Of a DNA stretch of 64,000 bases, positions 29,055-39,644 are shown in pieces. How positions within the stretch are numbered: the first letter of the stretch is position 1; each line of letters opens with the position of its first letter. A model generated the notes under the pieces. That model was not told where the DNA came from. It made no database searches and saw only the letters and a list, made by a program, of their open reading frames with translations. The stretch comes from Pyrinomonadaceae bacterium (GTDB lineage Bacteria > Acidobacteriota > Blastocatellia > Pyrinomonadales > Pyrinomonadaceae). Both the position numbers and the translations under genes were made by a program. The stretch is taken from positions 256,001-320,000 of the forward strand of contig JBKBYA010000001.1 in the NCBI GenBank assembly GCA_046313635.1. The letters run 5' to 3'.

Positions 29055-29432
29055 TCACTGGTCCATATAACGCTGGACGATCGGCTCGAGCCGGTCAAAG
29101 TCGACAGGCTTTTGTAACACTTCAGTACAACCCACGGAGCGCGCCCTTTCCTCGTAAAAATCCCCGTACGCACTCAAGGCTATGATCGGAATATCCGACA
29201 GCTCCGCATGCTGCCTGATCGCCTCGGTCGCCCCGAGGCCGTCGAGTATCGGCATTGCGATATCCATCAGAATAAGGTCGGGCTTCTCGCGAACCGCCGT
29301 TTCGACAGCCTCGTAACCGTCTGCCGCCTCAACGACTTGATAGCCATAGCCGGACAGCATGTACCGCATCATCCGCCTGATGTCTTCGTGATCTTCGACT
29401 AAGAGTACCTTCTTCCTCATATCGTCCGCCAA
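29055..29432 (-). CDS. single-domain response regulator (CheY/DivK-like)
   Basis: VLLVEDH, PDLILMDIAMP, IIALSA and QKP. Confidence 0.93.
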   Translation of the reverse strand: MADDMRKKVLLVEDHEDIRRMMRYMLSGYGYQVVEAADGYEAVETAVREKPDLILMDIAMPILDGLGATEAIRQHAELSDIPIIALSAYGDFYEERARSVGCTEVLQKPVDFDRLEPIVQRYMDQ

Positions 29433-29618
29433 ATAACGCCAATGCGTCCGATCTTTCGAGCCGTTGTTCGGTCGATCAAATTACGTATCAAACCGGAACG
29501 GCCGTTCTGGAATTGGCACCTTCGCAATGACCGTGCCAACATTTGTATGCCAAATTACTTTATTTTTATTTCCGGTCAGCTTTTTTTTCGGCGGCGGCCG
29601 TACCGCCCGATCCACAGA

Positions 29619-31322
29619 TCAACGCGTAGGCGGGGCGGCCGATCCGATCGTCTGACGGCGAAAGTCCTCGAAATCCTGCCAAACGCGGCTGCGGCGCACC
29701 GCGTCGACCGGGGCGACGATCGGGGTCTCGATGTCTTCTTCAGAAAAAACCTGCACTTCGAGACGACCGCAGCGGCCGGGTGCAAAGACCTCGTACGGGT
29801 ACGAATAGACGCCCGCAAATGTGTATCGCTTCTTGGTCTTGTAGTAGCTCTGAAGCGAGCGGTTAAGCTCGATCTTGCTGCGGCTGATCGGCACGATCTC
29901 AGACCCGTCGCACATCAGCTTCATCTGGTAAAAGTCGGCCTTGTACTTGAGATCGAGCGGCGTCGAATATCCGGTCGTCGCCGAGGTCGCGATCTGCAAA
30001 AAGATCGATTTGCCCGTCGCGGTGATCTCGGGCAGCGCGAGGATGTCGACGACGGGCCGCAGCTCGCCGGCGTACTCCTGCCAGTAGTGCAGGTCTTTGA
30101 GCTTGTCGGGTGCGTCGATCGCGCCGCGTTTGGAGTTGCGCTTTTCGCGCGATCTGAGCGCCTCCATTCGCTCGCGGTGGATCTCGTAAAACTTGTAGAT
30201 CGGCGTCATGAACTTGATCTCGTAATTCTTGACGTCGGTGATGTACTCCTTGACCGGGAAGTCCGAGCGCTCGAGCGCGGCGCGGATCGTCTCGACCGGA
30301 AAGACGCCGTCCGGAGCGCTCGGCATCAACTCGGCGGATGGCAGACCTTTGGCCGCTGCGATCTCGCGTGAGCGGGCCATCAGTTCGGCGGCCTCCTCGA
30401 TGCGGATGACGACGCCGATGCCGGGACCGGTCTCATCCTTGTCGCGGGCCTGAAACGTCGTGATGCCGACGACCTCGCCGAGCGAGTTGAAGAGCGGGCC
30501 GCCCGAACTGCCTGCGTTGATGCTGATGTCCGAGATGATGCCGCGCTCCTCGATCTTGCTGACGATGCCGGCCGTCAGGATCTTGTCTTGCCGCAGCGGG
30601 CTGCCGATGGCAAAGACATGCTCGCCCTCGACCAGCGTCTCGCCCCGATCGCCCTGAGCGATCGCGAGCACGCGGCTCGCCGGAAAGGCCGAGAGATTCA
30701 CCTGCAGGACGGAGATGTCGCGGTCCACGTCCTGCGCCACGAGCCGCGCGCGGACGGCCGTGCGGCGGTCAAAGCGGACGCGAATGTCGTTGGACTTGTT
30801 TATGACGTGCTGATTGGTAAGCACCAGACCGCGCGCGTCAAATATGAAGCCCGTCCCCGACGTCAGCTCGCCCTCGACGGTGACGACGCCGTCACGCAGC
30901 GTCTTAAAGAGTTCGCCCTCCTCGGTGACGCGGCGTCGAGGCGTCTCGGGCGCCGACGACGCGTTGTCGCTGCTGAGCTCGACCGAGAGGTCTTTGCCCG
31001 CCGCGACGGTGAATCTCACCTCCCAGCCGTACGACCGGCCGCCAAAGACGACCGGCCTGACCGACGAGACGACGTATTCGCCGGGCTCGAGCTTCGCGGC
31101 GGCCGTGCCCTCGAACGACGTCGCGATCGAGCGGAGCTCGCCGCCCGGAGGATCTGCCTTTCGTATGGCGAGCGCGAATTTGGGAACGGGCTTGAGATCG
31201 AGATCGGCGTCGATGAGCACGACGCGAAAGCTGACGTTTGCGGTATCGGCGGCTGTCTGGGGGGCGGCGGGAAGGGCCATCGCCGCAAAGGCGATAACCA
31301 GAAGAACAAAGTTCGTCTTCAT
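29619..31322 (-). CDS. secreted S1C (trypsin/HtrA-like) serine protease without a recognisable PDZ domain
   Basis: LTNQHV, RDISVL and INAGSSGGPL catalytic triad motifs; signal peptide. Confidence 0.88.
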   Translation of the reverse strand: MKTNFVLLVIAFAAMALPAAPQTAADTANVSFRVVLIDADLDLKPVPKFALAIRKADPPGGELRSIATSFEGTAAAKLEPGEYVVSSVRPVVFGGRSYGWEVRFTVAAGKDLSVELSSDNASSAPETPRRRVTEEGELFKTLRDGVVTVEGELTSGTGFIFDARGLVLTNQHVINKSNDIRVRFDRRTAVRARLVAQDVDRDISVLQVNLSAFPASRVLAIAQGDRGETLVEGEHVFAIGSPLRQDKILTAGIVSKIEERGIISDISINAGSSGGPLFNSLGEVVGITTFQARDKDETGPGIGVVIRIEEAAELMARSREIAAAKGLPSAELMPSAPDGVFPVETIRAALERSDFPVKEYITDVKNYEIKFMTPIYKFYEIHRERMEALRSREKRNSKRGAIDAPDKLKDLHYWQEYAGELRPVVDILALPEITATGKSIFLQIATSATTGYSTPLDLKYKADFYQMKLMCDGSEIVPISRSKIELNRSLQSYYKTKKRYTFAGVYSYPYEVFAPGRCGRLEVQVFSEEDIETPIVAPVDAVRRSRVWQDFEDFRRQTIGSAAPPTR

Positions 31323-31641
31323 AAAACTCTCTTTTGAATTTGCAAGTATTGCGGGTGTGAGAAGGGACGCTGCGCGGGGAATTGCGGCGGCGTCACGGGC
31401 CGAAGCTATCTAATCATTTCTGCCGGCGGGATGCAATGATTTTTGCGTCCGCCCGAATGAGCGAAAAAAGAAGGCCGCAGATAGCTCGCAAAAACGCGGG
31501 CCCGGCAAAAGGTCGGCGACCTCCGCGTCGAGGCCGGCTCAAATGCGGAGGCCGCTTTTGCCCATCTTGCCGGCGCACCTTCTGGCGGCTGCCGCCGGCG
31601 TTAGAGACGGCCGGCCTGCTGCCTTCGGCCGGGGCCGCCGA

Positions 31642-32196
31642 TCACTGCTTGGTGCAGGTCGGCACACACTCGCCGTTGCACCAGACATTCGGGTACTCAC
31701 AGATGTTCCATTCAAAACGGCCGGAGGAGGCGGTGGCGGACATACCCTCAAAGACGACACGCTCGATGCAGCTCTTTTTAAGATCGGCGCCGAATGTATC
31801 AAAGAGCTTCTTGAGCTGGCTCTGGCCGTTGTTCTTGTCGACGTCGCTCACCGTGCCGGAGACCGTCAGTTCGATCCTCGTCACCGTCGGGTAAGTGACC
31901 TCGGCCACGTCCCACTTGAGTTTGCCGTCCTTGACCTGTTGATCGAGCTTCGAGTCCTTGGCTATATCCTGGCCGATCGCATTACGCAGCTTGCCGACCT
32001 TCTCCTTGATCGTTCCCTGATCGCACGGGCCGGCCGCCGGCGACCCGGTCTGCTCGGCATTGACGCTGGCTGTGTTGTTGGCGGCGCGGTTAGCGTTATT
32101 TGCGGCAGGGCCTCGGTCGGTTGCACATGCCGAGCTGAAGACGATCGCGGCCGCCAGCATTGAATACGGGGTCATTCTCAGAAACAGTCGCTTCAT
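31642..32196 (-). CDS. hypothetical lipoprotein
   Basis: Lipobox-like FSSAC, Asn/Ala linker, Cys-rich C-terminus; RBS AGGAG. Confidence 0.75.
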   Translation of the reverse strand: MKRLFLRMTPYSMLAAAIVFSSACATDRGPAANNANRAANNTASVNAEQTGSPAAGPCDQGTIKEKVGKLRNAIGQDIAKDSKLDQQVKDGKLKWDVAEVTYPTVTRIELTVSGTVSDVDKNNGQSQLKKLFDTFGADLKKSCIERVVFEGMSATASSGRFEWNICEYPNVWCNGECVPTCTKQ

Positions 32197-32217
32197 ATTC
32201 TTGTCTCCTGTTAGTGT

Positions 32218-35200
32218 CTAATTGGTCAGCATTGAAAGCAGGTTGGTGCGGGTCTGCTTGCCGAAGACGATCGAGCGCGAATCGGGCGACCACGCGAGGC
32301 TTGAGATCAGCACTTTCGGGTCATTCTCGACGAACAATCTTCGGGCGGCGGCCTTGCCGCCTGCCGCGACCTGCACGGCCCACAATGCCGTGACGTCCTC
32401 TCGCCGGGTGACAAAGGCGATCGAGCCCGCGTCTCGGGAGAGATGAATGTTGTGGAAGTAGGCCTGCTGCAGCTCGGTCACGACCGAGCGTTCACCGGTC
32501 GCGATCGCGAGCCGGTAGATCACGCTTTTGGCGGGAGTGGGACTCATGTCGCGCGGATCCGAATTCTGAGCGAACAGCACGCTGCCGCCCGCGCGTTCAA
32601 AACCGAGAAAGCGAAACCGCTGCGGAGATTCAAAGATCACCCTTGCGGGGCCGCCGCCGTTTGCGTCGACGATCCAGAGACGGAACTTTCTCTCGGACTG
32701 ACGCGGCGACCGCGGCGATTCAGATACGAAAGCGACCGAGCGGCCGTCGGGCGACCATGTTGGGAAAAAATACGACTCCGAGCGGTCTTCGTTATGCGTC
32801 AACGCGCGGGCGTCGCCGCCGTCGGCGGGCACGATCCAGATATTCGAGGCTCCGTCGCTCGTCGACCCGGCAAAGGCTAGCGACGAGCTGTCGGGCGACC
32901 ATGAGATGTGATTGATGCCGATCTTAAGGTACGGTGCCGACGTGTAGCCCGGACCGGTGACGGCATCGCCGGCCAACTTGACGAGATCCTCGCCGGTCGG
33001 ACTCACCCTAAGGATGCCGACGCCGTTGTCGGTGCGTTTGAAGAATGCGATCCACTTGCCGTCGTTTGACCAGACGGGTGAGAAGCCCTGCGGCGCGATC
33101 ATCGTTCCGGCCCCGCCGCCCGCGTCGCGCGACACGACGTTGATCGCTCCGCCGAACGCGCGTTCGGCCTGACGCACGGACTGGAAGGCGACGCCGCGTC
33201 CGTCGGGCGAAACGTCCGGCCAGTATTCGGCCGGCACGTCGTTGGCAACGGGTTTTGTCCGGCCGTCGGCGGTGTCTACGCTCCACAGATCGGAGGTCTC
33301 GGTGACCGAACCGTAAAGGATCTGCCTGCCGTCGGCCGATACGTCCTGCACGAGGAAGTCAGTATTGCCGTTTGAGAGCTTGACCGGCTCGGCCTGCCCG
33401 ATGCGCGCTTCAAAGATCTGATATGCCCCGTCGACCGCACCGCTGTAGACGACACTTTGGTTGTCGGGCGTCCATGCGAGATAGTCGATCTGGTCCTTTG
33501 AAGCGGCGAGCTCGTCGATCGCTCCCGACGCAAGAACGAGTCGCTTGACCTTCCACATCTCGCCGTCGCGCACTGTCACGGCGATCGCGGTCTCGTCGGG
33601 CGACACTTCGATGACGCGGGGGCGCATGCCCTTAGAGGCGAGGTCGGTCAGCTGCGACCTTGCGCCGCTGCCGGCGTCGACCGAGTAGAGCTCGGCACCG
33701 TCCTGAAAGTAGATCTTCCCGCTCGGGCCCCAGCGGATGAGCCGGGTCGCCGGGCCGACGCCGCTGATCATCTGGACCTGCTCGCCGCCCGTGAATGAGA
33801 CCCGCCATAGCGCACGGCTGTCGCCGCGGTTTGAGAGAAAGGCGATGTTTTGCCCGTCGGGCGACCAGATCGGATATTGATTCTCAAACCCGTTCTTGGT
33901 CACCTGCACGGCCTCGCCGCCGCCGACGGGCTTGATCCAGATCTCGGATCTTGCCGAGCGGGCCGCGGCGAAAGCGATCATCCTGCCGTCGGGCGAGAAC
34001 GATGCGGCGGAGATCCACTCGCCGGCGTTGCTGTTCCAACTCGTGATCGCGATCGAGCGCATCGCACCGCGCGGCACAGTGCCGGGCGCCGGCCAGCTCG
34101 ACCAGGCGTACCAGCCCGCCGCCGCGACGAGTGCGACGAGCGATGCGGCCGCGATCGACACCGCGACGCGCGAACGCCGTTGTCGCGAGACCGAGGCCTC
34201 CTCGGTCAGCCGCGCGGGCAGATGTGCGGTGCCGGCTCGGCTGACGTGACCCTCGCCCGCAAGCTCTCGCTGCAGGTCGGCAATGTCCGACAAGAGATGA
34301 TCGATCGACTGATAGCGCTCGCCGCGGTCTTTGCGGAGGGCCTTCTCGACAATGTGCCGCAGCGTCGGCGGTGCGTCGGGAGAGCTCTCGCAAAGGTCGG
34401 GCGGGTCTTTTTCGAGCAGCGAGACGATCGAGTCGGCCGTATTCTGCGCCGCGAACGGCGCCCGTCCGCAGACCATCTCGTAGATCATCACGCCGAGGCT
34501 GAAGATATCGGTCCGAGCGTCGAGCTCCAAGCCCCTGGCCTGCTCGGGCGACATATAGCGCGGCGTGCCGAGGACGAGTCCCGGCATTGTCACGACCTGG
34601 GCGAGCGTCTCGGCCTCGAGCATCGAGCGGCCGGCCGCTTCGCCGGCGGTCCAGGTTTCTTTGGCAAGGCCAAAGTCGAGCACCTTCACCGTGCCGTCGG
34701 AGCGGACCATCACGTTGTCGGGCTTGAGATCGCGATGAATGATGCCCGCACGATGCGACGCGGAGAGAGCGGTCGCGATCTGCTTCGCGATGTCGGCGGC
34801 CGTCTCGATCGGCAGCGGCGAGCGAGCGATGCGGCTGCGGAGCGTCTCGCCGTCGACAAATTCGCTGACGATGTAGTGGACGCCGCCGGACTCGCCGATG
34901 TCGTGGATCGTGAGGATGTTTGGATGATTAAGCGCCGAGGCCGCGCGGGCCTCCTGCACAAAGCGCCTGACGCGGTCGGGATCGCGGGCAAATTCGGCGC
35001 TCATGAATTTTATCGCGACGCTGCGATTGAGCCGCTCGTCCCGTGCGAGGAAGACCTCGCCCATTCCGCCGCGGCCGATCGATCTGATCAGATGATAATG
35101 GCGCGGCAAGGCACTCTGCAGCCGCTCAAGCGGAAGGTCTGCACCCGCACCTCTCGACCCGGCGTCGCCGACGAGCCGGTCGAGTTCGCCCCGCAGCTCG

Positions 35201-35307
35201 GGATCGTCGCGAAACGCATCGGCCAGATACCGCTCGCGCTCGTCCGCGGTCATCCCCGAGCATGACCGGATAAGCTGGATGATCCGTTCCTCACGCACCT
35301 CGTCCAT
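32218..35307 (-). CDS. Hanks-type Ser/Thr kinase with TM helix and TolB/PD40 beta-propeller sensor
   Basis: GRGGMGEV, VAIK, HRDLKPDN, DFGLAK, GTPRYMSPE, then many WSPDG repeats. Confidence 0.95.
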   Translation of the reverse strand: MDEVREERIIQLIRSCSGMTADERERYLADAFRDDPELRGELDRLVGDAGSRGAGADLPLERLQSALPRHYHLIRSIGRGGMGEVFLARDERLNRSVAIKFMSAEFARDPDRVRRFVQEARAASALNHPNILTIHDIGESGGVHYIVSEFVDGETLRSRIARSPLPIETAADIAKQIATALSASHRAGIIHRDLKPDNVMVRSDGTVKVLDFGLAKETWTAGEAAGRSMLEAETLAQVVTMPGLVLGTPRYMSPEQARGLELDARTDIFSLGVMIYEMVCGRAPFAAQNTADSIVSLLEKDPPDLCESSPDAPPTLRHIVEKALRKDRGERYQSIDHLLSDIADLQRELAGEGHVSRAGTAHLPARLTEEASVSRQRRSRVAVSIAAASLVALVAAAGWYAWSSWPAPGTVPRGAMRSIAITSWNSNAGEWISAASFSPDGRMIAFAAARSARSEIWIKPVGGGEAVQVTKNGFENQYPIWSPDGQNIAFLSNRGDSRALWRVSFTGGEQVQMISGVGPATRLIRWGPSGKIYFQDGAELYSVDAGSGARSQLTDLASKGMRPRVIEVSPDETAIAVTVRDGEMWKVKRLVLASGAIDELAASKDQIDYLAWTPDNQSVVYSGAVDGAYQIFEARIGQAEPVKLSNGNTDFLVQDVSADGRQILYGSVTETSDLWSVDTADGRTKPVANDVPAEYWPDVSPDGRGVAFQSVRQAERAFGGAINVVSRDAGGGAGTMIAPQGFSPVWSNDGKWIAFFKRTDNGVGILRVSPTGEDLVKLAGDAVTGPGYTSAPYLKIGINHISWSPDSSSLAFAGSTSDGASNIWIVPADGGDARALTHNEDRSESYFFPTWSPDGRSVAFVSESPRSPRQSERKFRLWIVDANGGGPARVIFESPQRFRFLGFERAGGSVLFAQNSDPRDMSPTPAKSVIYRLAIATGERSVVTELQQAYFHNIHLSRDAGSIAFVTRREDVTALWAVQVAAGGKAAARRLFVENDPKVLISSLAWSPDSRSIVFGKQTRTNLLSMLTN

Positions 35308-35457
35308 ACGACACGCGAACCGACCTGTGGCAGACGAGACGCATTATTGCACGGATCGCTCAAACCCGGCGCAACAAAGCGCCGACGAACGCCGTCGCAG
35401 ACCAAGGGAACCGGCGTCCAAGGTGGTCGATGGAGGACTGCATGACCGACGCGGCCG

Positions 35458-35491
35458 AAAAAAAAGGGACCGCCGTCGCGGTACCCTTTTT
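35458..35491 (-). terminator. intrinsic terminator after the tRNA
   Basis: AAAAAGGGACCGC-CGTC-GCGGTACCCTTTTT; gives an 8-T tail on the minus strand. Confidence 0.8.
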
Positions 35492-35507
35492 AATCTAGAA
35501 AATTATT

Positions 35508-35583
35508 TGGTGGAGACGAGGGGGATCGAACCCCTGACCTCATGAATGCCATTCATGCGCTCTCCCAGCTGAGCTACGTCCCC
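35508..35583 (-). tRNA. tRNA-Ala(GGC)
   Basis: GGGGACGTAGCTCAGCTGGGAGAGCGCATGAATGGCATTCATGAGGTCAGGGGTTCGATCCCCCTCGTCTCCACCA: cloverleaf, anticodon GGC, G3:U70 pair, encoded CCA. Confidence 0.97.
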
Positions 35584-35757
35584 GGTCGCGATGACGCCTG
35601 GTTCATGGCGAAATCGGCAAGGTTTGAATGTAGCGAAATAGGTTTGGCGCGTCAAGGCGGCCGGCGTTGCGGTGCGCAGGCGGCGTGCGGTTGCGCCGAG
35701 CGAGCAATTCCGCTACAAAAGTCAGAACATTTCGTCGCCCCGGGGACCAATACAAAA

Positions 35758-37188
35758 TTGAATAGAGAAGCATTCGGGCCCGACATTCATTCGTCCGCGT
35801 CGATCGAGATCGCCGAGGTCCTGCCGGCGTCGCGCAAGTTGGGTCTGCTGCCGCTCACGGCCGTGATCTTTTTTACGGTGTGCGGCGGAGCATTTGGGAT
35901 CGAACCGCTGGTCGGCAAGGTCGGCGCGGGCTGGGCGATACTTTTGATCGTCGTGACGCCGCTGATGTGGAGCGTGCCGATCTCGCTGATGGTGTCAGAG
36001 CTCGCGTCGGCGATGCCGGTCGAGGGCGGTTATTACGTCTGGGTCAAGCGTGCGCTCGGCAGCTTTTGGGGATTTCAAGAGGGCTGGTGGACGTGCCTTT
36101 ACACGTCGGTCGACATGGCGATCTACCCGGTGCTCTTTGTGAATTACCTCGCCTATTTCGTCCCGTTCCTACGGCCTGACGCGAATGGCGATCTGTCGTG
36201 GGAGCAGTTCTTTTCGCGGTGGGCGATCGCGGCCGGACTCATCGCATTCGCGCTCGCGCTGAACTGGCGCGGAGCGCGGGCCGTCGGCTACAACTCGGTG
36301 GCCTTTCTGCTCGTGATCGTCGTGCCGTTTGCGATCCTCTCGTATCTCGGACTCGCGTCGCTCGTGGGCGGGCTCGACGCCTCGTGGCGTGCGGTCGCGA
36401 GCGGCTTTGGCACTTCTCACGTGAACGCCGGCCTGCTCGCCGTCGGTCTCGCGACGGTCGTCTGGAACTACTCGGGCTGGGACAACGTCTCGACATTTGC
36501 CGGCGAGGTGCGCGACGCGTCGCGAAGCTATCCTCGCGCGCTCTTTGCCGCGATGGGCCTTGCGGTGCTGGTCTATCTCATCCCGACATTTGCACTCGTC
36601 GGGCACACGACCGATGCCGGGGTGTGGAACGAATCGGCCGGCTTTCCGGCCCTGGCCGAGATGGTCGGCGGGCCCGCGCTCGGGACGCTCATCGCGATGG
36701 CGGCGCTCTTTTCGGCGTGGAGTCTTTTTAATTCGCAGATCCTCTACGCGTCGCGTCTGCCGTACGCGATGGCCCGCGACGGCTGGTTCCCGGGCTTCCT
36801 CACGCGCGTCAACGTGACGACCGGCGTGCCGACGACGGCGCTGCTCGTCTGCTGCGGGCTGTCGGCTCTGTTTGCCGCGCTGCCTTTCGGCAAGCTGGTC
36901 GTGATCGACGTGATCCTTTACTCGGCCGAGGTACTGCTGGAGTTTGTCGCGCTGATGGTGCTGCGGCGAAAGGAGCCCGACCTGCCGCGGCCTTTCAAGA
37001 TCGCGGGCGGCTGGCCGGTGCTCGTGCTCATCACGGCCGCGCCGACGGCATTTGCCGCGGCCGTAGTTTGGGCAACGCTGAGCGACGCCGAGACCGATCC
37101 GCGGCATCTGTGGGTGCTCGCCGCCGGGCTGGTCTCGGGCGTCCTGCTCTATTTTGTGCGGAGAGGAAAGGCCGGGTCCGCGGCATAG
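35758..37188 (+). CDS. APC-family amino acid/polyamine permease
   Basis: VCGGAFGIE, ELASAMPVEGGYYVW, WNYSGWD and RPFKI; about 12 TM helices. Start uncertain, since the ORF-track start overlaps the tRNA. Confidence 0.9.
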   Translation: MNREAFGPDIHSSASIEIAEVLPASRKLGLLPLTAVIFFTVCGGAFGIEPLVGKVGAGWAILLIVVTPLMWSVPISLMVSELASAMPVEGGYYVWVKRALGSFWGFQEGWWTCLYTSVDMAIYPVLFVNYLAYFVPFLRPDANGDLSWEQFFSRWAIAAGLIAFALALNWRGARAVGYNSVAFLLVIVVPFAILSYLGLASLVGGLDASWRAVASGFGTSHVNAGLLAVGLATVVWNYSGWDNVSTFAGEVRDASRSYPRALFAAMGLAVLVYLIPTFALVGHTTDAGVWNESAGFPALAEMVGGPALGTLIAMAALFSAWSLFNSQILYASRLPYAMARDGWFPGFLTRVNVTTGVPTTALLVCCGLSALFAALPFGKLVVIDVILYSAEVLLEFVALMVLRRKEPDLPRPFKIAGGWPVLVLITAAPTAFAAAVVWATLSDAETDPRHLWVLAAGLVSGVLLYFVRRGKAGSAA

Positions 37189-37214
37189 CGGCCCGGCGCT
37201 TTTACCGAGCCGAC

Positions 37215-37997
37215 CTACCTGCCTTTGAAGGTCGGCTTACGCTTTTCCAAAAAAGCCCGGACGCCCTCCTCTTTGTCCTCGGTCGAGAAGCAGATCGCAA
37301 ACAGATCGACCTCGCGGCGGAGGCCTTCGTCGAGGTTCGATCGCGACGCGAATTTTACGGCTTCCTTGATGAGCTGCAGTGCGACCGGAGCCTTTTCGGC
37401 GATCTTGGCGGCGAGCTCCATGGTCTTTGCTTCGAGCTCCGCGGCCGGATAGACGTGATTCACGAGTCCGAATCTGTACGCCGTCTCGGCGTCGATCATA
37501 TCGCCCGTGAGGATCATCTCCATCGCGCGGCCCTCGCCGATGAGCCGCGTCAGCCGCTGCGTGCCGCCGCCGCCGGGAATGATGCCGAGGTTGATCTCGG
37601 GCTGCGAGAATTTTGCGTTCTCGCTCGCGACGCGCAGGTCACACGCCAGCGCGAGCTCGTTGCCGCCGCCGAGGCAAAATCCGTTGATCATAGCGATCAC
37701 GGGCTTGGGAAACGTGTCGATCGAATTAAACAGCGTCCGCTCGTTAAAGCGGTCTCGCTGCGTGACAGGCGTCTGGCCCGCAAACTCGCCGATATCGGCC
37801 CCGGCGACAAACGACTTCGGCCCCGAGCCGGTGACGACGACGACGCGGACCTCGGCATCGCGCTTGAGCTCGTCGAGTGCCGCGACGCCCTCGGCGTGAA
37901 CGGCGGAATTCAAAGCGTTGAGTTTGTCCGGCCGGTTGATCGTCAGCACCGCGACGGCGCCGCGCCGCTCGACCGTGATGGTTTCGTATGTAGGCAT
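37215..37997 (-). CDS. enoyl-CoA hydratase/isomerase (crotonase)
   Basis: INRPDKLNAL, FVAGADI, GGGNELALACD and QPEINLGIIPGGGGTQRL. Confidence 0.95.
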   Translation of the reverse strand: MPTYETITVERRGAVAVLTINRPDKLNALNSAVHAEGVAALDELKRDAEVRVVVVTGSGPKSFVAGADIGEFAGQTPVTQRDRFNERTLFNSIDTFPKPVIAMINGFCLGGGNELALACDLRVASENAKFSQPEINLGIIPGGGGTQRLTRLIGEGRAMEMILTGDMIDAETAYRFGLVNHVYPAAELEAKTMELAAKIAEKAPVALQLIKEAVKFASRSNLDEGLRREVDLFAICFSTEDKEEGVRAFLEKRKPTFKGR

Positions 37998-38060
37998 ATT
38001 TAAAAAAGTACGACAGGCCGCGGGGCCTGTCGAGTAGAGCAAAAAAGTTAACGAGCCCCG

Positions 38061-38441
38061 CTATTCCGGGATGCCCTCGACCATATTGTCGTCGGCGATC
38101 CAGGCGACAAAGAGCCGCAGCCAGTTGTCCTTTGATTCGATGATCGAGGCACCGATGCGCGACGTGCCGTAGTTGGCCGGCATCACGCGAGCGACCTGCG
38201 CCTTGACCTCGACCGGGACGCCGTCAGGGCGGTGCGAGCGGATGTACAGAACGTCCCCGACCTTTATCTCCTGATTAAGCTGAAAGAGAGCGCCGAGCGT
38301 CGAGATGTCGTCGGTCTCGGTCGGCTCGCTCCACGCCGCGCCGTCGGCGGTCCGCCCCGACACGACGATGGGCAGTCGGAGCGCCATCCGGAGGGCAAAA
38401 CGCTTTTCTTCAAATTGGATCTGCTGGTTGGTCGACATCAT
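38061..38441 (-). CDS. PilZ-domain protein
   Basis: RFALR (RxxxR) and DISTLG (DxSxxG). Confidence 0.8.
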   Translation of the reverse strand: MMSTNQQIQFEEKRFALRMALRLPIVVSGRTADGAAWSEPTETDDISTLGALFQLNQEIKVGDVLYIRSHRPDGVPVEVKAQVARVMPANYGTSRIGASIIESKDNWLRLFVAWIADDNMVEGIPE

Positions 38442-38630
38442 CGGATAAGAGACTCGCGTGCTGACCGGCCCGAAAATAATGGCGAGTTTATCACGAATAA
38501 GGCCAAAATCTAAACAACTTAGAGATCAACCGCCGAGATCGGAGCATTAGACTACGCCCTCCGCGGCTATTTATACTGGAGCATCGCAGAGGCTTGGTCC
38601 TCGACATCGGCAGCTCGGTAAAAACTCGGT

Positions 38631-39641
38631 ATGTCTGAAAAACAAATTCATCGCAAGGTCGTCATTCTCGGATCGGGTCCGGCCGGTCTCACAGCAGCTA
38701 TTTACGCGTCGCGGGCGCAGCTCGGACCGCTCGTGATCGACGGCCCGCAGCCCGGCGGGCAGCTCACCATCACGACCGAGGTCGAAAATTATCCCGGCTT
38801 TCGCGGCGGCATCATGGGCCCGGCACTGATGGACGAATTTCGCGAGCAGGCGCTGCGCTTCGGCACCGAGATCATAAACGTCTGGATCGACCGCGTCGAC
38901 CTTGCGCAGCGGCCCTTTACTTTGTACGGCAAAGAGAGCCAGGACAGCAGCGAGATCACGACCGTGATCAAGGCCGATACGCTCATCATCGCGACCGGCG
39001 CGTCGGCCAAATGGCTCGGCGTGCCCGGCGAAGCGCCTGTGCCCGAGGGCTTTGGCGGTGCGGGCGTGTCTGCGTGCGCGACGTGCGACGGGTTTTTCTT
39101 TCGCAACCGGCCGATCGTCGTTGTCGGCGGCGGCGACACCGCGATGGAAGAAGCTCTCTTCCTGACCAAGTTCGCTTCAAAAGTGACGATCATTCATCGC
39201 CGCGACGAGTTTCGCGCGTCCAAGATCATGCAGGACCGCGTGCTCAAACACGAAAAGATCGACGTGCTCTGGAATACCGAGATCCGCGAGATCCTCGGCT
39301 CTAAAGAGAAAGGCGTCGAGGCCGTTCGGATCTACAACAACGTGACCAAAGAGGAGAGCGAGTTTGCGACCGAGGGCGTCTTTATCGCGATCGGGCACAA
39401 GCCGAATACCGATCTTTTCAAGGGCGTGCTCGAGATGGACGAGGTCGGCTACCTCAAGACCGAAGGCCGCACGATGAAGACCAACGTGCCCGGCGTCTTT
39501 GCCTGCGGCGACGCGCAGGACGCGTACTATCGCCAGGCGGTCACGGCCGCCGGTACCGGCTGCATGGCCGCGATCGACGCCGAGCGGTTCCTCGCCGAGC
39601 ACGAGGTCGAGGTCGAAAAGAATACCGCGACCAACTGGTGA
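38631..39641 (+). CDS. trxB: thioredoxin-disulfide reductase
   Basis: GSGPAG, GGQLTITTEVENYPG, CATCDG and GGGDTAMEEA. Confidence 0.97.
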   Translation: MSEKQIHRKVVILGSGPAGLTAAIYASRAQLGPLVIDGPQPGGQLTITTEVENYPGFRGGIMGPALMDEFREQALRFGTEIINVWIDRVDLAQRPFTLYGKESQDSSEITTVIKADTLIIATGASAKWLGVPGEAPVPEGFGGAGVSACATCDGFFFRNRPIVVVGGGDTAMEEALFLTKFASKVTIIHRRDEFRASKIMQDRVLKHEKIDVLWNTEIREILGSKEKGVEAVRIYNNVTKEESEFATEGVFIAIGHKPNTDLFKGVLEMDEVGYLKTEGRTMKTNVPGVFACGDAQDAYYRQAVTAAGTGCMAAIDAERFLAEHEVEVEKNTATNW

Positions 39642-39644
39642 CGC

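Noticed and set aside
35508..35530. tRNA-Ala 3' end as the attachment site of an integrated element
   Set aside because: I saw no duplicate of the tRNA 3' end and no integrase in the window. This was by eye; an exact search could overturn it.
35540..35560. Unusual extended pairing in the tRNA anticodon arm (A32-U38)
   Set aside because: This is a known normal feature of tRNA-Ala(GGC).
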